From the NCBI GenBank assembly GCA_000270325.1, contig BA000048.1, positions 515,709 through 579,708 on the forward strand: a DNA stretch of 64,000 nucleotides, in the 5' to 3' direction. The position numbers were made by a program, and so were the translations under genes. Source of the stretch: Candidatus Caldarchaeum subterraneum (GTDB lineage Archaea > Thermoproteota > Nitrososphaeria_A > Caldarchaeales > Caldarchaeaceae). Shown here piece after piece: positions 1 to 10,400 of this stretch. Under the pieces are notes generated by a model that saw only the letters and a list, made by a program, of their open reading frames with translations, was not told where the DNA came from and searched no databases. The stretch's first letter is position 1. Every line of letters begins with the position of its first letter.

Positions 1-264
1 CGAGAGAGTTCCCGCCACCCTGTCACCGGGCTTGAGCGCAGAAACATTTTCACCCACCTTCTCAACAACGCCAGCAACCTCGTGACCCGAGACACCGACC
101 GAGGGGAGAGGAACCCAGACATTCTCCCCAGTATAGACCCTCACATCAACAGGGCAGACACCACAAGCCTTTACACGCACAAGAACCGAGTCAGACACAC
201 ATTCGGGAACCGGCACATCCTCCACAGCAACATCAAAGACACCGCGTAAAACAGCGGCCCTCAT
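1..264 (-). CDS. Zn-dependent alcohol dehydrogenase / MDR family, N-terminal part (gene runs off window start)
   Basis: Reverse complement from ATG at 262-264 reads MRAAVLRGVFDVAVEDVPVPE...CGVCPVD...GHEVAGVVEKVGENV...GDRVAG, typical of the Zn-ADH catalytic domain; absent from ORF table because it has no in-window stop. Confidence 0.6.
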   Translation of the reverse strand, partial: MRAAVLRGVFDVAVEDVPVPECVSDSVLVRVKACGVCPVDVRVYTGENVWVPLPSVGVSGHEVAGVVEKVGENVSALKPGDRVAGTLS

Positions 265-321
265 ATAGAAAGGAAAAGCACATCATATATTATGTGTTTG
301 TCCACAGCCTTGTAAACAGGT

Positions 322-693
322 TCACGGACTCGCTTTGCTGGCAACTTCTTTCAGCATCTTTAAAGCCTCCAACAGCATCTCCCGCGTCTCCCTCGAATCA
401 CGTGCAACAACCTCCAGAATCTCCAGACTCCTCTTGCTCTGCTCCGTCAAAACCTCCAAAACCTTCGTAACCCTCTCAACAAAAGCATCCATCCTGCTAA
501 CGAAATCCCTAAACTCCGACCGATAATCCCTAAACTCGCTACGAAAATCTCTGAACTCATTCCGGAAATCATTGAACTCACCTCTGAAATCGCGAAACTC
601 ACCCCTAAAGTCACGGAACTCATTTCTAAAATCTCTGAATTCTCCCCTGTAGTCGCGGAATTCCTCCCAGTATGTGAAGAATATTGCCTGCAT
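322..693 (-). CDS. Heptad-repeat protein (eight imperfect RDFRxEF repeats followed by a predicted helical tail), function unknown
   Basis: ORF table protein ...EFRDYRGEFRDFRNEFRDFRGEFRDFRGEFNDFRNEFRDFRSEFRDYRSEFRDF...; the reading frame stays open upstream to 823. Confidence 0.5.
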   Translation of the reverse strand: MQAIFFTYWEEFRDYRGEFRDFRNEFRDFRGEFRDFRGEFNDFRNEFRDFRSEFRDYRSEFRDFVSRMDAFVERVTKVLEVLTEQSKRSLEILEVVARDSRETREMLLEALKMLKEVASKASP

Positions 694-1003
694 GGCTCCG
701 AAGCCTTCCTGGAGCTCGTCGGCCAGTTTGTTGTAGCGTATTTGGAAGTGTTTGAGGTTTGGCTTGGGCCGTGTCTCGGCTATCTCTATTTTTTTTAATC
801 TTGGCCGGGGGAGGCGGGGTCTTTAAAGCTTCCATGAATCTGTTCAGCGTCTCTTCATCGCCTTGTGCAAAGATTGTAACGGTTCCGTCTTTTTCGTTCC
901 TCACGTAGCCAGCTAGCTCAAGCTCCTGCCCAAGCTCCAGCACATGGCGTCTGTAGCCGACGCGCTGCACTCTTCCCACGACCTTCATCAGGTAGGCCTT
1001 CAA
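626..1003 (-). CDS. acyP: Acylphosphatase with an apparent +1 frameshift in an A8/T8 run (789-796); as written the C-terminus is out of frame
   Basis: N-terminal 70 aa carry both acylphosphatase signatures (VVGRVQRVGYRRHV; GYVRNEKDGTVTIFAQG); the conserved C-terminal part (IEIAETRPKPNLKHFQIRY) is encoded in the adjacent frame immediately after the homopolymer. Confidence 0.7.
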   Translation of the reverse strand: MKAYLMKVVGRVQRVGYRRHVLELGQELELAGYVRNEKDGTVTIFAQGDEETLNRFMEALKTPPPPAKIKKNRDSRDTAQAKPQTLPNTLQQTGRRAPGRLRSHAGNILHILGGIPRLQGRIQRF

Positions 1004-1047
1004 AACCCTTCCCTAATTCGTGACAACGGGGTAAAAAGTGTTTTATG

Positions 1048-1145
1048 CGCCGGGGGTGGGATTTGAACCCACGAGGCCTGTGTGGCCACGGGCTTTCATG
1101 TCTTGTCTCAAGGCCCGCCCCTTATCCTGGCTTGGGTACCCCGGC
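1048..1145 (-). tRNA. tRNA-Ser (anticodon UGA) with a 12-nt intron in the anticodon loop; type II tRNA with long variable arm
   Basis: Manual fold: acceptor GCCGGGG/CCCCGGC, anticodon stem CGGGC/GCCCG, loop CUUGAG-[intron]-A, variable-arm stem GGCC/GGCC, T-arm GTGGG-TTCAAAT-CCCAC, discriminator G; CCA not encoded. Confidence 0.7.
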
Positions 1146-1167
1146 TCCTGTTTATGGTTGTTGTCTG

Positions 1168-1177
1168 TTTTTTATAT
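1168..1177 (-). promoter_or_regulatory. Putative TATA box (ATATAAAAA) about 28 nt upstream of tRNA-Ser
   Basis: A/T-rich box at the spacing expected for an archaeal promoter; it overlaps the stop codon of the neighbouring gene. Confidence 0.3.
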
Positions 1178-2008
1178 GGTTGATGTTTTTGCGAGGTTGA
1201 GGATTGCCAGGGTGTAGGCGAGGGCTTCTTCTGTTCTGATTGTTTTGACTCCTTGGTTGGGTGCTGTGTTGACTGTATGGGTGAAGAGTCTGTTGTACTC
1301 GAGTCCGTGGGCCCGTGCTATTTCGTGGAGGCCTTTGTCGGCGGCTCCGAAGACTACGCATGTTTGGGTGGATTCTTTTAGCCGTTGGGCGACTGTGGCG
1401 TAGACTTGGTTGATTGGTTCGCCGAGGCGGGAGGTGGCTAGCCTGAATGTGTATGGTTTGAGGGCTTCTTCTAGGCTTTTGACGACACGTGTCCTGAACC
1501 CTGTGTAGGTTTCGCCTGATTTTTTGCCGACAACCGAGTACTTGACACGGCCCTCCTTAACCCGGACCCGTAGAGTGACTATCGTGTTTTTGGGGAGCTT
1601 TCGCGGGATTTTCAGCGGCTTTCCCATTCCCGCCTCGAGGAGCGATGTCTGCCCAGAAGCTGTGACAAGTGCTTGTCTGTAGTGTGTTCCCTCTTTTTTC
1701 AACGCGTCTGCCTCGGGGTGGGTCGGTATGTTGAGGGGTGGCAGGAGGCCTGCGTAGCGGAGGCTTGGCTTGAGGGGATATACTCTGGAGCGCAGGTAGG
1801 GGGCTGTGACGAGGTAGTCGAGAAGCTCCTTTATCAGTAGAGCGTTTCGGAGACGCGGTGCCCCGGGCTCGTCGGGGTATAGAACAAGCTCATCGACCCT
1901 GAAGGTGGCGAGAACTCTGCCGACAAACCCTATTTTCATAGTGGCTTCGCGGAAGCTGGGCACCTCCGCCGTGAAGGAATGTGGAAGAAACACTGCGAAT
2001 TTTTTCAT
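1172..2008 (-). CDS. Putative SPOUT-class RNA methyltransferase (DUF171/COG2106-like)
   Basis: 278-aa ORF; C-terminal VVFGAADKGLHEI...NTAPNQGVKTIRTEEAL resembles the SPOUT knot region; assignment from memory of the family, not searched. Confidence 0.45.
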   Translation of the reverse strand: MKKFAVFLPHSFTAEVPSFREATMKIGFVGRVLATFRVDELVLYPDEPGAPRLRNALLIKELLDYLVTAPYLRSRVYPLKPSLRYAGLLPPLNIPTHPEADALKKEGTHYRQALVTASGQTSLLEAGMGKPLKIPRKLPKNTIVTLRVRVKEGRVKYSVVGKKSGETYTGFRTRVVKSLEEALKPYTFRLATSRLGEPINQVYATVAQRLKESTQTCVVFGAADKGLHEIARAHGLEYNRLFTHTVNTAPNQGVKTIRTEEALAYTLAILNLAKTSTI

Positions 2009-2050
2009 GCCCGGGGGCCCGATGCACTGCTTTGCGGCTTGGCTTTAACG

Positions 2051-2491
2051 CTATATGTCGAGGACGAAACGCACCTTGTTTTTCTCCGTGTCTATCTCCA
2101 TGAGTGCGTAGGTTGGTGACTTCACCGCTGTGCCTGTCTGATGTTTTTCCCTGTTGTAGTTTTCTCCCCATAACGTGGCCTCGAGCCTGTATTCTCCGTT
2201 TCTCATGATTTTGTTGACCTTTATCTCGGTGGCGACGATGTTGTCTATCTCGAATTTGTGGAGGAGTTTTTCGAGCCAGTCGTAGAGAAGCTCCATCAGG
2301 TCTTGTCCACGTGCCTCGACTGATAGGGAGACGGTTTTCTCCGAAGCGTTCAGCACTAGTGTTTTGAAGAGGGCCAGTCCAGCTTGCTCAAACGCCTCCT
2401 CCAACGATGAGCCATATGCCTCGATGTAGATGTCGGCCATGTGGGGGAGCTGGTGGAACCCCTTCCGGGACATGCTCATAGTTTCTAACAA
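2051..2491 (-). CDS. Archease
   Basis: N-terminal FHQLPHMADIYIEAYGSSLEEAFEQAGLAL matches the archease signature (YEYLEHTADIKFRAYG...); size about 140 aa. Confidence 0.7.
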   Translation of the reverse strand: MLETMSMSRKGFHQLPHMADIYIEAYGSSLEEAFEQAGLALFKTLVLNASEKTVSLSVEARGQDLMELLYDWLEKLLHKFEIDNIVATEIKVNKIMRNGEYRLEATLWGENYNREKHQTGTAVKSPTYALMEIDTEKNKVRFVLDI

Positions 2492-2533
2492 TGATGGGAC
2501 TTATTAGGCTGCTGATGATAATGGGTTGTCGGG

Positions 2534-2926
2534 ATGGCTCGAAGGGATGAGGTGGAGGTGTTGAGGCGTAGGGGTGTGGAGTTTCTTGAGATGGCTGAGA
2601 AAGCGTTGGCAGACAAGAAGGTTGACTTCATGCTGGAGCAGGCTGCCCAGCTCTACCTCAAGTCCGCTCTTCTCAAACTAGTCGGAGAATATAGCAGGAC
2701 TCATAGCTTGAGGCGTCTGGTGTGGGAGCTGGCCGAGGCTTCGAGAGACGATGAGCTGAGAAAGTTTGGAGAAGAGAGGAGAAGTGTTCTCTCGAGTTTG
2801 GAGGATGTCTATATTATGGCGAGGTATTTTCCGAAGGAATATTCCGAGATGGATGCGGCGGAGTTTTTAGAAGTTGTCCGCGAGCTGTTTAGGCTGGTCG
2901 GCAGGGTGGCGGGTTTCCCAGCATGA
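2534..2926 (+). CDS. HEPN-domain protein (HEPN/MNT module)
   Basis: THSLRRL and C-terminal YIMARYFP motifs; overlaps the following nucleotidyltransferase gene by 4 nt. Confidence 0.65.
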   Translation: MARRDEVEVLRRRGVEFLEMAEKALADKKVDFMLEQAAQLYLKSALLKLVGEYSRTHSLRRLVWELAEASRDDELRKFGEERRSVLSSLEDVYIMARYFPKEYSEMDAAEFLEVVRELFRLVGRVAGFPA

Positions 2927-3258
2927 TAGAGACTGCGCGTAGGAGGGCTGAGATGGTTAGGCGCTGGAGAGAATTTGTCGGGATGTTGGCTGAGGCTGTT
3001 AGAAAGGTTTTGGGGGATGCGGATGTGTATGTGTTTGGCAGCGTTGTCACGGGAGAGTGTGTGGCGTCGAGCGATGTGGATGTCTTGGTTGTCTCGGACA
3101 GGGTTCCCGAGTCGATGCTTGAACGCGGTGCCTTGAAGGTGGAGATTGAAGATGCCGCGGGGCTTCCCGTCTACCACCCCTTCGAGCTTCACTTCGTCAA
3201 GCCCGATGAGGCCATGCACTATTTCAAGAAAATTGGGCGAAACATTTTGAGGGTTTAG
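2923..3258 (+). CDS. Minimal nucleotidyltransferase (MNT) partner of HEPN
   Basis: VFGSVVTGECVASSDVDVLVV = GS...DxD nucleotidyltransferase motif. Confidence 0.7.
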   Translation: MIETARRRAEMVRRWREFVGMLAEAVRKVLGDADVYVFGSVVTGECVASSDVDVLVVSDRVPESMLERGALKVEIEDAAGLPVYHPFELHFVKPDEAMHYFKKIGRNILRV

Positions 3259-4313
3259 TACCACTGGTCTTCTTCGCCGACGACTGTTTGGCTTCTTCTC
3301 CTCATTATGACTGTTGCGGCGACCGCGAGGACGGCTATGCCGGTTACGGTGCCGTAGACTATGAGCTGGGCTGTTTCATGTGATAGGCTGGGTGTGGTGA
3401 TTTCTGTGGTTATGGGGGTTGTGGTGGTTGTCGTGGTCGTTGATGTGGTTGCTTCGTTGATGCTCAGGGTTATGGTGTAGGGGCCTCCTCCGCCCACTCC
3501 GCCTTGGTTAGACACCCTGATGTAGTAGGTTTTCTCAGCTGCGTCCTGTGTTTCCAGGCTCACCGCCGCTTCACCGCTGGTGTTGGTTCTGTTGCTTCTA
3601 AGCCCGTAGCCTGTCTGGTCGAGGATGACGAGTTCATAGATGTTTCCAGGCTGTGTCGTCAGTGTCGCGGTTAATTGTTTCCCTTTTCCAAGCACCGCTG
3701 TGAGGACATATGTGTCTACGTAGTCTAGTCCTTCGCTGGAGTTGGTTAAATAGCCTGAGATGATGGTTGTTTCCCCTGTTCTCAACGCTCCCAGGGGGGT
3801 TGCTTTTTCGAGTTTGTCGGCGGCTTCTCTTCCACCTGTGTCCACTAGCCGCTCGATTCCCAGCGTGATGACGTAGTCGGCTTTGGCGGGTCTCGCTTCT
3901 GAGAATATTCCTATTTTGAAGCAGAGCGTGGTTGAGGTGTTTTCGCCGAAGTTGCTGTGTGCCCAGCTGTAGACGTACTCCAGCGGGCCTCCTGCCTGAA
4001 TGGTCTGCACTCCGCCTATGCGGGAGAACTGGCTGGGCCTTATCTCCCACATCAGCAACGTGTTAAACCCTGTTGACGTGTTTGTGGTAACGGTTACTCT
4101 GAGGACTAGGCGTTCACCGGGTCTCAGGTTCTCGAACCTGTAAAAATCCTCTCTAAGCCGTCCGGCGAGCGTGGCTTCAATGGGTGGAAGCGTGTCCCCG
4201 GCCAGGTTTATCCTTTTGTCTGTTGTGATGCAGGGGTCGCTTGTCTGAGCAGATACAGCTGTGAAGGCGGCTAACAAAACAACGATTGTCAGAAGGGCTG
4301 TTGTTTCACGCAT
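3255..4313 (-). CDS. Cell-surface protein with signal peptide, Thr-rich stalk and C-terminal TM anchor
   Basis: N-terminal MRETTALLTIVVLLAAFTAVSAQ, linker TTSTTTTTTTTPITTEITTP, C-terminal AQLIVYGTVTGIAVLAVAATVIMRRR; many N-x-S/T sequons. Confidence 0.6.
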   Translation of the reverse strand: MRETTALLTIVVLLAAFTAVSAQTSDPCITTDKRINLAGDTLPPIEATLAGRLREDFYRFENLRPGERLVLRVTVTTNTSTGFNTLLMWEIRPSQFSRIGGVQTIQAGGPLEYVYSWAHSNFGENTSTTLCFKIGIFSEARPAKADYVITLGIERLVDTGGREAADKLEKATPLGALRTGETTIISGYLTNSSEGLDYVDTYVLTAVLGKGKQLTATLTTQPGNIYELVILDQTGYGLRSNRTNTSGEAAVSLETQDAAEKTYYIRVSNQGGVGGGGPYTITLSINEATTSTTTTTTTTPITTEITTPSLSHETAQLIVYGTVTGIAVLAVAATVIMRRRSQTVVGEEDQWY

Positions 4314-4447
4314 TCCAGCTGGTTTTTTCCCCAGTTCCTAAAAACGTTTTCCGTTTTGATTTGTGTCGAAAATATCTCCTCTATACTTTGAGCTAGGGTT
4401 TTGACGGATTATAAAAAATTTGAAGGGGGTTTAAAAAAGGTGGGTGT

Positions 4448-7400
4448 TTATTTCTTTGGTGGTGCTGCTGGGTAGATGCCGAGGCGGCGTCCTCTCCAGC
4501 GGATGTATTCGCTGACGATGACGACTACGACGATGACCAGCAGTATGAGGCCGATGATCAGCGCGAGGAACGTGGCGAGGGTCATGGGTACGCCGAACAG
4601 TATGGTGTAGAGGTCGAGGACGATTGTTGCGCTTCTAACGCCTCTAGCTACGTTGGCTGAGTTGCTGAACTGTTCGTAGGATGCTCTTACTGAGTAGTCT
4701 GCGCCCACGACTTTGGAGAAGACCGCCGAACCGCTGGCGTCTGTGGCCGCTGTGGCTATTGTTGTTCCTCCTCTCACCAGCTCAACAATGGCGCCCTGTA
4801 TCGGCTGTCCTGCAGCGCCCTTGACAATTACGGCGATGTCGTATATGCCTGCCTGTATGGTTGCCGATGTCCGGGAGGCGGTGAACCTTACACGGTCTCC
4901 GCCGATAGTTGTGCCATCCTTGGAAACCTCTATCTGGTATTCGTTGTCGAGCGGTACTTGTCCGATGATGACGACGCCTTGGCTGTCTGTTGAGCCTACT
5001 TGTTGTCCGCCGAACCTTATGGCTGCGCCTGCCACGGGTCTACCGTCGAAGTCGACTACTGTCAGGGTTACGTCGTCTACGGGTATGACTATGCTGCCTC
5101 TGCTCTGTAGGCCTGCCGGCGTGTCTCTTACCGCTGCTCTCGCTGTTGTTCCGTATGGGCTGGTCCATTCGACGGTGAAGTCATAGGTTCTGCCGTCGGG
5201 TACGCGGAGGATTGTGAATATGCTGTCGGGTCTTAGCTGTATGTCCTGTTCTCTGACTAGGTTGGGTGAGACGCTTACTCTAGCGCCTGCCACGGGTCTG
5301 CCCTGTCTGTCGACGACGTTGAAGCTGAGGTCTCTGAGTGCGAGGACGACTGTGCCCTCAACGGTTCCGACGTTGGTTCTGCTGACGTCGAAGGTTCTTC
5401 TGCCGACTTCTTCACCGTTTGCGTCGGGCCAGAGGGCGACGATGTCGTAGGAGCTTCTGGCGAGGCGTTTGGCTTCGAAGATGGCTCCTTGTCCACGTAT
5501 GATGAAGTCGTCGGGCAGTGCTAGGCTGGGTGCGCTGAAGACGTATGCTGGGTCGGCTGGTCTCTGTGCGTCGCCGTAGACGAATCTTATCCTGAGGTCG
5601 AAGATGCGTGTGATGACGTCGAAGCTTCTGCCCCAGCCTGCCGGCGGGCAGCTGGCGAGTGCCTCTAGGACTCCTGCGGTGTAGTTGTATGAGCCATCTC
5701 CTGCATGTCTACAGACATCGGCTCGGAACCATCCGTCTCCCGTTGGCCAGGGTCCTGCTTCGGCTGTGTATGCGAAGCCGAGAGGTATGTCTGGTTTCTG
5801 TGTTTCCTGTGTGGTTTCGTCGTCTCTGCTGTCATATGCTATGGGCCATCTGGCGAAGCTGTTGACTGGCCATGTGGGTTCTCCGTTGGCGCCCTGTCCG
5901 AGGTAGAGGACTCTCTGGATGAAGACTCCTCCGGGCTTTCTAATGGGCATGGGCACTATTCTGCCGTCGGGTCCTGCATAGCTCCATGCGGCTGATTTGC
6001 CTGTCTGTGCGTCGATTATCTGGTAGAAGGCTCCGGGCAGTGGCCTCCCGTTGAAGTCGGTGATTCTGGCCGAGACGTTCTGGAACTCGAACATCTTGAT
6101 GAAGGGTCTGTGTGCTCTGTTGTCTGGGTCGTTGCTCACTACCGTGACCGTTGCGGTGCGTGCGACGCCTTCATATGGTCTGCCGTAGCCCATGTACTGT
6201 ATGCCTAGGTCTACGCCAGGCACCTGTAGCTGGTCGCCGACGTGTAGGTTTACGGGCTGTCCTGTGAGTGGGTCGATGGCTTGGCTGACCCAGTTTCTCC
6301 AGTAGTTGCTGGTTGTTCCTCTGTTGGGGTTGTCTGCGCCTGCTTGTCCTGTGCCGTCGTTGTACCATATGCTTGGTGGCGGTGAGACCTCGTCTATGAC
6401 GAGGGTGCTGCCGCCCCATATGACTGTCGAGGGTGTGTCTCCGCTGGTGACCGTTACGAGTCCAACTGGTTTGCCGGAGATGCATATGTTGACTGTCTTG
6501 TCGCCGACTGTGATGGTTCCCGCTGTTGTTACGGCGTCGATGGGTTTCGGTGCGAATGTTGCGCCAAGAGGTGGCACTATTCTACCTTTGACGATGTATC
6601 CTAGGAGCGGCCCGCAATCGTAGCTGCCGAGCTCGTAGTCGCCTACCTGCCAGAAGACGGGGATGTCGACGTCTGTGGCGTTGAGCTTGATGGCGACGAC
6701 TTTGCTGCCTGGTGTTGGTGTGGCTGTCCATGTCCGTGTCAACGCGTAGCCAGGTATCGGCTGGAACTGTCCTGTTCCTGTTGTTCCTCTGTAGAATGTG
6801 ATGTCGAAGGGCGGGTGTCCGAACAGCATCCACGCGTCTGGGAATTGGGCGGGTATTCTCCAGACCAGTTCATAGTGGTCGCGCTGCCATGCTCCGTTGT
6901 TATATTTTGGCGATGATGGGTCGATGGGTAGCTGGTCGCTCCATACGCTGATGCGGTACTGTATTCTGCTGTTTTCCTGGTTGGTGAGATGCGGGTGGCG
7001 TCGATCGTAGCCGGTCGGGACTGGGTTGTATGGCCATCCGTCAATCATTCTGCCGTCTTCATAGCTTGGGTAGGGTATGTCCCATGAGCGTGTTACATCG
7101 TCGTAGACCCATCTGCCGGCTGAAGAGTCGAATACCAGGTCCCAGTCGCTCTTGGTGAAGCGCTCTGATGTCGGTAGCCATGGGAGTGTGAGCTGGCCTG
7201 TTGTCCACTTGGCTGCTCCACGTGTCTCGGGTACGGCTGTGTATGTCCATGTTCTGCGGGCGTGGTCGACTGTTATCCTGCCTGGGAAGACTGTATTGCC
7301 GTCTGTTACGTTGAGCCACCAGATTCTTGCGTAGAGGTCTTTGACGGGTCGGTCTTTGTTGGCGCTTATGGCGAGGACGAATGTCACATCGGCGATGGCT

Positions 7401-10400
7401 ACTTTGTCAACCGAGTAGCCTCTCTTGGTGAGGTTGAAGGCGTCTTTGTAGACGATGCTGCTGTTGAGGTACCAGTAAACAGTCAACGTGTAGTTAACAA
7501 CGTTTGTCCCGAGGATGTTCTCCATGGCTTCCTGTGTCGGGTAGAGGAGTGTGAGGTTGCCGTCACGTCCTGTCTTGTAGAGAACTGAGGAGGAGCGATC
7601 CACTGTACCGCTATCGTCGTAGTATACGTCGAGCTGTACGACTGCGTATGGTATGGGTCTTGCGAGGTCTTCGTCTTTGAGGTTGAGGGTTATGAAGCCT
7701 ACCGGTATGGGTACTGTTACGACTTCTTTCTCGAACACCAGTGTTGTGGGTCTTGTCGGAACCTCGATGTACCTCTTTCCTTTGAATGGTGTTGATATCT
7801 CTTCGACTGCTCCGGCTGCGACCGCTTGCTCCCATCTCCATCTCTGCTGGTTCCAGAGGCCTTCATTGCCTACGACTGTGAAGTTGTGGGTGGGCCACTT
7901 GCCATTGGCTGTTTCGTTGACCGCTGGGTTGAAGAACTCTCTTATGAGGAAGCTGTCTCCTGGCCTAACGTCTCCTCCTGGGCTGGTTAGCGGTCCCTTC
8001 TGCGTTGTCAGCCATCCGCTGCCTGTTAGCCCTGCTTTGTCGTAGAATCTTGCCCATGGCTGTTCGCCTCTGGTGAACTCGAGCGGGTAGACGTAGCTGT
8101 AGAAGGTGAGGTCTTGTTTGCGGTAGGTGCCGTTCCACCAGATGTTGCTGCTGTGCTGGCTGTCTGCTTTGAGCCAAGTGGTTAGGAGGGTGTCTTCGGT
8201 CCATTTGCTGACGAAGAGCGATGAGAAGACTCCGTCTTCGGGTATGAACATCTCCATGTTGACGCCGTTGTCGTTGACTATGTGGTAGGTGGCGTTGCCT
8301 ATGCGGCGTGCTTCGTTGAGGTAGTCGAAGTCGCCGTCGACGATGCGCTGTTTGAAGGTGTGGGCCCATGTCAGCAGGTCTATCCTGACGGGTCCGCATG
8401 TCTTGTAGAGTGTTGCGTTGCCGATTGGGTTGAGGTTGGGGTCGGTGACGAATTCACCGTTCCATGTCATGTAGACTCTGAGGACGACTCTGTCATTGAC
8501 CTGGCCTGCAGGAGTCTTTCTGATGCTCGGTGGGCTGCTGTGGCTTGTCCAGTCAATCTTGATCTCATAGTCGACGGGCACGGTTCTGCCTGGCCACTTG
8601 CTGTTGCCTGGTGTCTGTTGCGTCTCGGGGTCTCCTGTTGTTACTGTTGTTACTGTTATGTTGTAGAGTGCGCTGGGCATCTTGTAGAAGACGTAGCGGA
8701 CGTCTCCGTAGGTCTTGAGGCCGTTTGACCTGGATATGCCGCCGAAGAAGTGGTCGATTCTGTAGCGGAAGAACTGGCTGAATGCGAGGGTTGTGTTGAA
8801 TTTGTCAGTGTTGGTGTCGCCTGTTGGGTCCATGGTTTCGAGGAAGTATAGGCGGCTGCCTGTTAGCGGGTGTACACCGACCCATGTGAGGGTGATGTTG
8901 AGCCTGGGTATCCTGTTGTCTTGGTTGTAGTCCCATGTTGTGAATATGAAGTCGTTGATGAGGGCTGTGAGTTTGATGGGTGAGTCGATGTTGCTGTCGA
9001 CGGTGAATGTTAGGCTTCCGTCGGGGTTGAGCGGCAGTGTGTCGTCGCCTATTCTAGCGTCTGTGAACTTGACCCATACACCCTTCCACCATACGCCGTC
9101 GATTGTGTATTGTCCTCCTGCTAGGTAGCCGAAGTCGAGGGCGCCTGTGCTGTCGAGCTGTGTTACGTAGGGTGTTGCGGGTGATGGTGGCACTACTTTG
9201 ACGAATGCTTCTCTGGAGAGTGGGCTGTTTTCGCAGTCGACGAAGACGAGCTTGACTTTGTAGATGCGGAGGACGAGGTCCTCCATGATGGTGTGGGTTA
9301 GTTTGTCGACGGTGGCTTCTCCGACGGGTGTGCCGTCGAAGGTGACGGTGACCATGTATGCGAGGTCTTCGGGCAGCTGGTAGAATACTGCCCATCCTTC
9401 GCCGTGCTGGTCATAGCTCCACTGTAGGCTGCCTGTGGATGGGAAGAAGTCGGGTATCAGGCTGGCTCCTGTCTTGGTTATTGGTGGTCCGTTGCCGCGC
9501 TGTAGGGTGATGGCTGTGTTGGCGGCTGGAGCCGGGTTGCCGAGGTTGTCAACAAGCCTATAGGCAAGATCGTGAACATTAGCCGTAATGTAGACGAGAC
9601 CCGCTCTTGCCAACGCTATGTCAGGAGCCTTGTGCGGCGCAAGACTCTGCAGTATTACTACCTGTCTCTTTGTGGCGTTGAGTATCGCGAATGTACCTGA
9701 CTGAGGCTGGCCTGAGAAGAGCATTCCTCCGACGAAATCATTGTAGGTGAACGCTGGATCCAATGTCTGTATGTCTGTGTTGTTTGATGATACAAGTGTC
9801 CTGATTGTCTGTGAACCCGGTGGCCCTGGCCATATCTCGACCTCGGCTGCACCGGTCTCGCCGGTAGTAGTTACGTTGAACCTTCTGATGGATGTGCTGT
9901 CTATTACCCCGTCTGGTCCGATGTCCTGCCAACCTGCGAGAGCGTAGGAAATGTTTCCGACTATCGGCTGGTTGGTGGCTGCGTCATGGTATTTGATGCT
10001 AGCTATAACGCCGCTGAAGGTGAAGGGCGTTCTTATGAAGCCGCCATGTGTTGCGTTTTCAACTATGTCTACTCGTAGGTCTACTCCAGGCGGATAGTTG
10101 ACGAATATGTCGAAGGTGCCTGTTAGCGGGTTGTAGTTCTGCAACCGCATTCCTATGGGGGTGTTTGAGGAGATCATCAGTGTAACCGGTCCACGGATTG
10201 GCCTCGGTGTTCCGAGGGGTCCTCGGCTGAGGGTTACGGTGACCTCGTTGTGTATCTTGATGAGGACTGTGTTGTTTCCTAGAACTACGTTCGGGACTAT
10301 CCATCCGTTGTATGTGGTTGTGTTGGTGGCTGCTATGGCGTAGGGGTTGCGTACTCTTACGCTGTCGACGAGGACTGCGGAGCCGCCGTATCCGTTTCTT

